From assembly GCA_032128375.1 (NCBI GenBank), contig JAQBGU010000154.1, positions 1-41,873 of the forward strand: DNA of 41,873 bases. The letters are read 5' to 3'. Every line of letters starts with the position of its first letter. The stretch's first letter is position 1. The DNA is from Deltaproteobacteria bacterium (GTDB lineage Bacteria; Myxococcota_A; UBA9160; SMWR01). Of this stretch, positions 35,025 through 41,873 are shown one piece after another. The translations under genes and the position numbers were made by a program. The notes under the pieces were generated by a model, which did not search any database, had not been told where the DNA came from, and saw nothing but the letters and a program-made list of their open reading frames with translations.

Positions 35025-35526
35025 CGGCGTCTTCGGTGTTGTCGATCAACTGTTTCTTGATGGCCGGCTCCTGGGTGCCTTCGAGGATCTTACCGATCGG
35101 CACATCGGAGCCTTCGAACGCGGCTCGGATCACATCGAGATCGTCCATTTTTTTGGGTTCGCTCCACATGTGCGTGAAGCACTCATCGACGTAGGCAGGC
35201 GCGATTCCATCGCGCTGCGCAACGATTGCGCCGCGCATCAGTGTGAGTGTATTGACCGGGAAGTGCGGGTTCCCTTTGAACGTCGTGATGTTGTGGATCG
35301 CGTTGAAGCGGCGCGTCTCGATGCCCTGGTATTCTCCCTTGTTCTTGATGCCCTGCAGCGAAACCGCCGGCGAGACGTTCCCCGTCAGCTTGAAGACTCC
35401 GCCCAACAGGACGGGCACATACTCGAACTTCAGGCCGGTGCGCTGCTCGATCTTCGGAATCACGAGATGCGCGAGATAGGCGTTCGGGCTCCCGAAATCG
35501 AATAGAAATTCCACGCGAGGGGACAC
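34912..35526 (-). CDS. 2-hydroxychromene-2-carboxylate isomerase / GST-kappa (DsbA-like) family
   Basis: FLFDFGSPNAYL, PVLLGGVF, NPHFPVNTL, RGVFGAPSFFV, FFGKDRL. Confidence 0.92.
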   Translation of the reverse strand: MSPRVEFLFDFGSPNAYLAHLVIPKIEQRTGLKFEYVPVLLGGVFKLTGNVSPAVSLQGIKNKGEYQGIETRRFNAIHNITTFKGNPHFPVNTLTLMRGAIVAQRDGIAPAYVDECFTHMWSEPKKMDDLDVIRAAFEGSDVPIGKILEGTQEPAIKKQLIDNTEDAVKRGVFGAPSFFVGAEHFFGKDRLRDVEEEIVAAMRR

Positions 35527-35536
35527 GGCGATTCTC

Positions 35537-36424
35537 CTATGGGCCTGAGCGCTTCAGCCAATCGAGTAGCAGAGCATTGAACTCTTGCGGCTTCTCCTGG
35601 TGAAGGAAATGGCCCGCCCCCTGCATCCGGTAGACCTCGAGCCCAGCCGGAAAATCGTCTGCGAGCATCGTGTAGTCATACAAGCGGGTATCGATGCAGC
35701 CATCGAGTGCACCGGTGAAGGCCAGCGTTGGAACGTTCACTTTCGCGTCCGACAGTTTCCGTGTCTGCTTCGCCGCCTCGGATTTCGTATCGAACATCGC
35801 ACGGTAGTAGCCGAGTGCCGCTGTTTTCACACCCGGTCGCGCGAGCGTCCGTTTCAACGCGCTCCTTTCTTCGTCCCCCGGGTCCCAACCGGGCGACCAA
35901 TCGCGCCACAATTTGTCGATGAGCGCCCAATCTCTCGTCTCGACGGCGAAGTCGGCCAACCCGCGAAGTTGAAAGAAAATCATGTACCACGAGTTCAGGA
36001 TCTGTGACGGGAGCTTTCGGATGCCTTCTTGCAGGCGCCCGCCGTACGGAACCGCCAATGTCGTGAGCGACGAAAATCGATCGGGTGCGAGCGTGCCGGC
36101 AACGTACGCGATCGCCGCCCCCCAATCGTGGCCGACCAGGTGGGCGCGTTCGACGCCGAGGTGGTCGAGCCAGCCGATCACATCCTCGGCCATCCGAATC
36201 AGATGATAATCGGCGTCCGCCGGCTGCGACGATGGCTCGTAGCCCCGCATCGTGGGTGCAATCGCCCGATACCCAGCATCGGCCAGCGCGGGCAACTGGA
36301 ATCGAAACGACCGCGCGTGGTCAGGGAAGCCGTGCAGGCAAATCACCACTTCCCCTTCACCGTGGGTCAGCGCTGAGAAGCGCAGGCCGTTCGCGTGTAG
36401 TTCGAGGCCTTCGAAATCTCGCAT
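35537..36424 (-). CDS. Epoxide hydrolase-like alpha/beta hydrolase
   Basis: LHGFP, RGY, GHDWG, SWY, YYRA, GHFLHQE. Confidence 0.9.
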   Translation of the reverse strand: MRDFEGLELHANGLRFSALTHGEGEVVICLHGFPDHARSFRFQLPALADAGYRAIAPTMRGYEPSSQPADADYHLIRMAEDVIGWLDHLGVERAHLVGHDWGAAIAYVAGTLAPDRFSSLTTLAVPYGGRLQEGIRKLPSQILNSWYMIFFQLRGLADFAVETRDWALIDKLWRDWSPGWDPGDEERSALKRTLARPGVKTAALGYYRAMFDTKSEAAKQTRKLSDAKVNVPTLAFTGALDGCIDTRLYDYTMLADDFPAGLEVYRMQGAGHFLHQEKPQEFNALLLDWLKRSGP

Positions 36425-36475
36425 GCGATTGTTAGAACCTGTAGTGAGGAGTCTGTTGTAGGTAGAGAGTCGCGT

Positions 36476-36578
36476 AAGAGCCATCAGCCAGGGCAAGAGC
36501 CATCAGCCAGCGCCAGAGCCCGCAGCGAACGCCCAGTCGCGAGAGCCAGTCGCGAGAGCCAGTCGCGACAGCCAATCG
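36476..36578. repeat. Two adjacent intergenic tandem arrays: 19-mer x2 and 13-mer x3.5
   Basis: AAGAGCCATCAGCCAG(G/C)GC at 36476-36513; CCAGTCGCGA(G/C)AG x3 at 36533-36571 plus a partial copy. Confidence 0.9.
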
Positions 36579-36597
36579 AAAGAATCAGTACAAAGCG

Positions 36598-37758
36598 TCA
36601 GTCCAGCCCGTAGATCCTGGCCGCCGAATCGTGGAGCACCTTGCGAAGCGTCTGTTCAGGCAAATGTCCGAGTACCCGCTCCGCGTACACGCGGGGCCGT
36701 TCTGCGGGTGTCTGCGGTCCCGGAGACATGCTGGTGGGATGGGGAAAATCCGTCTCGTAGAAGATGTTGTCGGGGTACTTCTCCAAGACGGAATCCAGCT
36801 GCTCTTCGAACCAGAAGCAGGCGTATATTTGCCGCTTGAAATACTCCGACGGCAGCAGCTCGTACTCAGGATGTTCGCCGTTGATTCCGCCGTTGCGCCA
36901 CTGCCAGTCCATCGCCTCGAGCGCAGATGGAACCCATCCGGCGCCGCTCTCGACTGAAACGAAATTCAGGTTCGGAAATCGATGGCAGACGCCACCGAAG
37001 ATGATGTCCGAGAGGCAGCGGGAATTATCGATGAACAGAATCGACGATACCCGAGCAAAGTTCGCCCGAACGCCGATCCCTGCGGTGTCGCGCATCAGCT
37101 CTTCCATGCTGCCGCTGCCGATATGGAAGCTGATCGAAAGCCCGGCATCCTGCGCGGCCGCCCAAACGGGGTCCCAGTGGGGGTCGGCCAACGTCGGCTC
37201 GCCGAAATCTTCCGGGTGGCCGGTGAACAGGACGGCCTTGTGCCCCTTGGCTGCACAGCGTTCGATCTCCTTGGCGGACGCATCGACATCCCAAAACGGG
37301 GTCGCCATCACCGGGACCAATCGCCGCGGATCGGCACTCGTCCAGTCGATCAAGAAGTCGTTGTAGGCTCGAACACACTCGAGCATCAGCTCCGGCTCCT
37401 TCAGGTTGAGAAAAGCGCCCGATCCGAAGCCGCCGACGTTGGGGTACAAGACTTGAGCCCAGATGCCCTCGCGGTCCATGTGTGCGAGGCGCGCGTCGGC
37501 GTCGTGCGACGATTTGGGCAGTTCGTCGAAGGTGTTGCGGAAGTCGGGGATGGTCCCGTCGAACCCCGCCATCGTGACGATTCCGGGCGGGACCGAAGGC
37601 CGGCCCGCGACGATCCACACGTCTTTCCCGCCCAATCGTTCGATGTGGGGAACGTTGTTCCCCCACTTGCTGGAAACCCGCGAGGTCCAGACGTCGGGCG
37701 GCTCGGTGATATGGGTATCGACATCGATGACCCGATGGCGTTCGAACAGCGGGGACAT
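36598..37758 (-). CDS. Amidohydrolase_2 family metallo-hydrolase/hydratase
   Basis: IDVDTH, AQVLYP, RAYNDF, FHIG, VESGAGW, ETDFPH; AGGAG RBS before ATG 37758. Confidence 0.9.
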   Translation of the reverse strand: MSPLFERHRVIDVDTHITEPPDVWTSRVSSKWGNNVPHIERLGGKDVWIVAGRPSVPPGIVTMAGFDGTIPDFRNTFDELPKSSHDADARLAHMDREGIWAQVLYPNVGGFGSGAFLNLKEPELMLECVRAYNDFLIDWTSADPRRLVPVMATPFWDVDASAKEIERCAAKGHKAVLFTGHPEDFGEPTLADPHWDPVWAAAQDAGLSISFHIGSGSMEELMRDTAGIGVRANFARVSSILFIDNSRCLSDIIFGGVCHRFPNLNFVSVESGAGWVPSALEAMDWQWRNGGINGEHPEYELLPSEYFKRQIYACFWFEEQLDSVLEKYPDNIFYETDFPHPTSMSPGPQTPAERPRVYAERVLGHLPEQTLRKVLHDSAARIYGLD

Positions 37759-37791
37759 GGCGTTCTCCTGGGCGGGGCTCGATTTCGACAA

Positions 37792-39033
37792 TCAGCCGTC
37801 GAGCGCTTCAAAAATCACCTGATTGTGCTCTCCAAGCATCGGTGCTCGGCGGCTGATCCGCCACGGCGAAGCCTCCAGCCGATAAGGAGCTCCAGGGTAG
37901 ACGAAGCTCCGGCCGAGTTCGGGGTGTTCCACCTCGACGCGGAACCCGCGCGCGGCGAAGTGTGGGTCGTCCATGACTTCGTCGGGTGAATAGATCGCGC
38001 CCACTGGCAGGCCGCGCTGCTGCGAGCCAACGAAGAAATCATACGCCGAAAGCCGCGATGCGACCAGATTCTGCGCCTCGCGGCCGGCTCCGAAGATCGC
38101 CTGCAATTCGGGGTCTTCGGCGATCTTCGACAAGTCGATGAATTCCCGTTCAGCACCCAGATCCAGCAAGAAAGCCTCGGGAAACTCTGCAACCAGATCG
38201 AGTTCTTTCATCCACCGATGAAGTTCGCGGAAATGGGGAGGCCGTGTCGGTGGCACGCCGGTATTGACGTGCCTGCCATCCGCACAGGCGATCTGGGTCG
38301 GAAGTGTAGGTCGCGCTGCCGCGTGTCGACCCGTTTGACGCCTTACGGTGCTGCGCGCCACGAGCCAATCATAACTTCCGGCCTCGGTCGTCACATTCGC
38401 AGCCGCGTGCATGTTGACATCGATTTGCTGGCCGACACCCGTTTGATCGCGAACCAGCAGCGCCACCAGTGCGGACATCACCGCGTAGTGACACGCCGTG
38501 TGGTAGCCCTGGTTCCCACCACCGCGAACAGGCGGCAGCGTGTGGTCGTCGTAGCCGCAGTTCCAAACCGGGCCACCCCCTGCCAAGATCGTCAGGTCGG
38601 TCGCGGGCTCCAGGCTGCGCGGGTCGCCCCTACCGAAGGGTGTGATCGAAACTGCGATCAGGTCCTCGCGCAGTTCGCATAATTCGCGGTATGAGAACTG
38701 CAGCGATTCGAGGTGGCCCGGATCTTCCGCTTCGATGAACAAATCTGTGCTGGCGATCAGCCGGGCGAATCGCGCATTGTCGGTCGGATTGAACAAATCG
38801 AGCGTCACGCCGAGCTTGCTGGTGTTGTAGTGCCACCAATACAGGCTTCGCTCCGGCCCGGGTTCGTCATCGAGAAACGGACCGTAGCCGCGCATCGGAT
38901 CACCGGCAGGCGGCTCGACGACGATCACTTCGGCCCCCATGTCGGCAAGCAACTTTCCGGCCCAGGCGCTGCGTTCGTTCGATAGCTCGACTACACGCAG
39001 ACCCTCGAGCGCGCCGGACGGCTGTGTGGTCAA
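37792..39033 (-). CDS. Family III CoA-transferase-like subunit, catalytic Asp apparently missing
   Basis: ALEGLRVVEL, LLADMGAEVI, NTSKLGVTLD, APMLGEHN; NQGYH where the active-site Asp is expected; TTG start overlapping the upstream TGA. Confidence 0.88.
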   Translation of the reverse strand: MTTQPSGALEGLRVVELSNERSAWAGKLLADMGAEVIVVEPPAGDPMRGYGPFLDDEPGPERSLYWWHYNTSKLGVTLDLFNPTDNARFARLIASTDLFIEAEDPGHLESLQFSYRELCELREDLIAVSITPFGRGDPRSLEPATDLTILAGGGPVWNCGYDDHTLPPVRGGGNQGYHTACHYAVMSALVALLVRDQTGVGQQIDVNMHAAANVTTEAGSYDWLVARSTVRRQTGRHAAARPTLPTQIACADGRHVNTGVPPTRPPHFRELHRWMKELDLVAEFPEAFLLDLGAEREFIDLSKIAEDPELQAIFGAGREAQNLVASRLSAYDFFVGSQQRGLPVGAIYSPDEVMDDPHFAARGFRVEVEHPELGRSFVYPGAPYRLEASPWRISRRAPMLGEHNQVIFEALDG

Positions 39034-40268
39034 ATCACGCCCTCCTCGCGAAATGCAGCCAGCTCAGCAGCGCTGTACCCGAGCAGGTCACCAAACACTT
39101 TCTGGTTGTGCTCCCCGAGGCACGGTGCACCGTTGCGCATCTCCCAATCCGTTTTCGAGAGATGAACCGGTAGCCCATCGACACGAACCTCACCCATCTC
39201 GGAGTGAACGACCTGCGGCCACAATCCCCAACTCCCGGAGTTGGCGTCCTCGTCGATTCTCTCCTTTGGGCTCAGTACCGCAGACGAGGGGACACCGGCT
39301 GCGCGCAACACGCGAGCCAGCCCAAGCCGATCGCGTTCAGACGTCCACGCTCCCAATGCGCGATCGAGTTGGTCTTGTTCGGCTAGCCGGCCAACAAGCG
39401 TGTGATACGCCGCTCGTTGCGCCCAGGGTTCCGCGATCGCGATCGCGAGCGCTTCCCAATCCACATCGTCTCGGCACGCGATCGCGATCCAGCCGTCGTC
39501 GCCGCGCGCTGGATAGATTCCGTGTGGAGCCATCTGTGGAAACTGGTTCCGGTTGCTGTCCGGCATGCCGGAACGGCGTAGCCGGCGACCATTCACTGTG
39601 TAATCGAGCAGTGCCGGCCCGTTCAGTGTAGCTCCTGCATCGGTACACGAGAGGTCGACTCTTTGCCCTGCGCCGGTCCGTTTGCGGTGGCGCAGCGCCA
39701 ACAGAACCGCGATCGCCATGTAGTAGCCGCCGGTGTGGTCCATGTACGAATAGCCCCAGCCAGCCGGTTCGTGGCCCGCGAGCCCCGAGCTGAAGGTCAA
39801 CCCAGACATCGCTTGAACGATGGGCCCCCAGGTCTTGAATTCCCTGTAGGGCCCGTCGTGACCGAAGCCGCAATTCGACACGTAAATGATATCTGGCGTG
39901 ATCGCGCGCAGCGTCTCGTAGCTGAACCCGAGCCGCTCGAGCACGCCGGCCGCGAAGTTCTCCGTGACCACATCGGAGATCTCGACGACTCTGCGCAGCA
40001 ATTCCTGGCCTCGCTCGGTTCGCAGGTTGATCGTGACACCGAGTTTCTCGACGTTGTGGTTGTTGAAGGCTCCCCCAACATCGAGTCCGCGGCGATCATC
40101 GACGTAAGGGGGCATTCCGCGCAGGATGTCCCAGCGCCCCTGCCGAACCGGATCTTCGATCCGGATGACCTGTGCCCCGAACGCGGCGAGAAACTTGGTC
40201 GCACCCGCACCGGCGAGCTGACCGGTGAAATCGCAGATCCGGAGTTCTGAAAGAGCAGTGGAAGCCAA
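39030..40268 (-). CDS. Family III CoA-transferase, catalytic subunit
   Basis: FTGQLAGA, AAFGAQVIRIE, ENFAAGV, YMDHTGG (Asp), APCLGEHN; TTG start after AAGGA. Confidence 0.92.
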   Translation of the reverse strand: MASTALSELRICDFTGQLAGAGATKFLAAFGAQVIRIEDPVRQGRWDILRGMPPYVDDRRGLDVGGAFNNHNVEKLGVTINLRTERGQELLRRVVEISDVVTENFAAGVLERLGFSYETLRAITPDIIYVSNCGFGHDGPYREFKTWGPIVQAMSGLTFSSGLAGHEPAGWGYSYMDHTGGYYMAIAVLLALRHRKRTGAGQRVDLSCTDAGATLNGPALLDYTVNGRRLRRSGMPDSNRNQFPQMAPHGIYPARGDDGWIAIACRDDVDWEALAIAIAEPWAQRAAYHTLVGRLAEQDQLDRALGAWTSERDRLGLARVLRAAGVPSSAVLSPKERIDEDANSGSWGLWPQVVHSEMGEVRVDGLPVHLSKTDWEMRNGAPCLGEHNQKVFGDLLGYSAAELAAFREEGVI

Positions 40269-40398
40269 TGGGGGCGTCGTCCTTCGCTGAATTCAACGCT
40301 GAGGACCAACCAGCCTACCTCAGCCGGGGCGGGTTGATGCGATGCCGTCGCGGGGTTTCGAGATCGAACGGCTGCTAGAGTCCATTCGGAGGTTTCGA

Positions 40399-41604
40399 AT
40401 GGCCGATCTTGATCTTTCCAATCCCGACAGCTTCGAAAATGGGTTCCCCCACGATCACTTCCGGATGCTTCGGGCGACCGATCCGATCCACTGGCACGAA
40501 GGAGACGTCTTCGGCGGGCGCGGCTACTGGGTGCTGTCGAAGTATGAGGACATCAAATACGTGTCCAAGACTCCCAAATTATTTGTGTCCGGCCAGGGAA
40601 ACCAGATCGAAGACCCGCGACCCGGTGAGTTGGACGTAGCGCGCAGCATGATCGTAATGGACCCGCCCCAGCATCCCCGGAACCGAAAACTCGTGAGCGA
40701 GGCGTTCACACCCCGCATGATTGCTTCGCACGAACCCCGCATCCGCGCGATCGTGCGTTCTATCCTCGACGGCGTCGCAAACAAGGGAGAATGCGATTTC
40801 GTATTGGACCTCGCGGCAGAATTGCCGTTGCAAGTCATCTGCGAGTTTCTTGGCGTTGCGCACGAAGATCGCGCCAAGATCTTCGACCAGAGCAACCGAT
40901 TACTCGGCGCCGAGGACCCCGAATTCGGTAACAGCCGCGCTCACGCAGCCGTGGCCGCGATCGAACTGTTTCAATTCGCCTATAAGTTGCTCCAGGAGCG
41001 CAAGGCCGAACCGCGCGACGACCTGGTCACGAAACTCGCGAGTGAGCAGGATGGCGATTCCAAGCTGACAGACCTCGAGTTCGGCTCGTTCTTCCTACTG
41101 CTCGCTGTGGCGGGTAACGAAACCACGCGCAACTTGATTTCGCACGGCATGATGTTGCTGATCGGCAACCCGGAATCCCGAGAGCGCCTGATTCGCGAAC
41201 CCGCGTTGATTCCGTCTGCGGTCGAAGAGATGCTGCGGATGATCGCGCCGGTCATGTACTTCCGCCGTACCGCTACCGCCGACACGAAAATCCGCGGCGT
41301 CCGAATCCGCAAGGGTGATAAGTTGACGCTGTGGTACCCGTCCGCGAACCGCGATGAAGACATGTTCGACGATCCGGATCGCTTCGACATTACACGCAGT
41401 CCCAACGAGCATGTCGCGTTCGGCGTCGGACAGCACTTCTGTCTCGGCGCGTCGCTGGCGCGACTGGAGATTCGCGTCATGTTCGAGGAGTTGCTCGAGC
41501 GGTTGCCGGACATCGAACACAACGGCCCGATCAAGACACTTCGCTCGCATTTCATCGACGGCATCAAATCGATGCCGGTCCGCTTCACGCCCGAGCTGGG
41601 GTAG
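40399..41604 (+). CDS. Cytochrome P450, CYP124/125/142 (steroid/branched-lipid omega-oxidase)-like
   Basis: GGAGG RBS; MDPPQH, AAELPLQVI, LLAVAGNETTRN, EEMLR..PVMYFRRT, FGVGQHFCLG. Confidence 0.9.
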   Translation: MADLDLSNPDSFENGFPHDHFRMLRATDPIHWHEGDVFGGRGYWVLSKYEDIKYVSKTPKLFVSGQGNQIEDPRPGELDVARSMIVMDPPQHPRNRKLVSEAFTPRMIASHEPRIRAIVRSILDGVANKGECDFVLDLAAELPLQVICEFLGVAHEDRAKIFDQSNRLLGAEDPEFGNSRAHAAVAAIELFQFAYKLLQERKAEPRDDLVTKLASEQDGDSKLTDLEFGSFFLLLAVAGNETTRNLISHGMMLLIGNPESRERLIREPALIPSAVEEMLRMIAPVMYFRRTATADTKIRGVRIRKGDKLTLWYPSANRDEDMFDDPDRFDITRSPNEHVAFGVGQHFCLGASLARLEIRVMFEELLERLPDIEHNGPIKTLRSHFIDGIKSMPVRFTPELG

Positions 41605-41684
41605 CTTCACCAGAACGTCGACACGGAGAATTCGCGACCGCTCCATCGGGGCCGGACTCCTGCCCGACTGACGAGGTACAGACG

Positions 41685-41873
41685 CTGTCCGAACCGGCCA
41701 CCGAAACCCCGAGAGCGGGCAAACGAGCCCGACGAATCTGGTGGTTGTTGGTCGGCCTGGCAACGATCGTGCTCGTCCGCGCGATCGCCCCCTTCGCGCT
41801 CGAAAAAGCTCTCGAGACCCTCGCCGCAGATGCCGGTTTTCAACTCGAGATCGGCAACATCGACCTCGGATTG
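41685..41873 (+). CDS. 5' part of a membrane-anchored protein (DUF748/AsmA-like), truncated by the window end
   Basis: GAGGT + CTG 41685; frame open to the end: basic stretch, TM WWLLVGLATIVLVRAIAP, then LEIGNIDLGL. Confidence 0.55.
   Translation, partial: MSEPATETPRAGKRARRIWWLLVGLATIVLVRAIAPFALEKALETLAADAGFQLEIGNIDLGL

Overview
High-GC bacterial window from a diderm (outer-membrane beta-barrel, PEP-CTERM protein, lipoproteins); a Myxococcota/Binatota-like environmental lineage is a guess. About 36 CDS. Most encode lipid/steroid/aromatic catabolism: two P450s (one CYP123-like, coupled to an Rv0765c-like SDR), a Rieske oxygenase alpha subunit, three family III CoA-transferases, a ThDP acyl-CoA lyase, a Cys-less thiolase + DUF35 + PHP + paired MaoC operon, hydrolases and MFS transporters. 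Embedded at ~9.7-20.4 kb is the best candidate for an undescribed system, a cell-surface phospho-polymer locus. It has an ABC-exporter transmembrane domain fused to a TagB/TagF-type phosphotransferase with no ATPase domain, a LicC-like cytidylyltransferase fused to a TM helix, an extracytoplasmic domain and a poly-Glu tail, a Thr-type sulfatase-fold enzyme, a large PEP-CTERM protein, an OM beta-barrel and a YVTN propeller. Also notable: a ~171-nt intergenic structured-RNA candidate (2902-3072, minus), a 13-repeat Trp-rich surface protein with an apparent ATC start behind a G9 tract, and several short tandem-repeat arrays at gene ends. No rRNA, tRNA, CRISPR array, integrase or transposase was seen. 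All family calls come from motif recognition by eye; no database searches were run.
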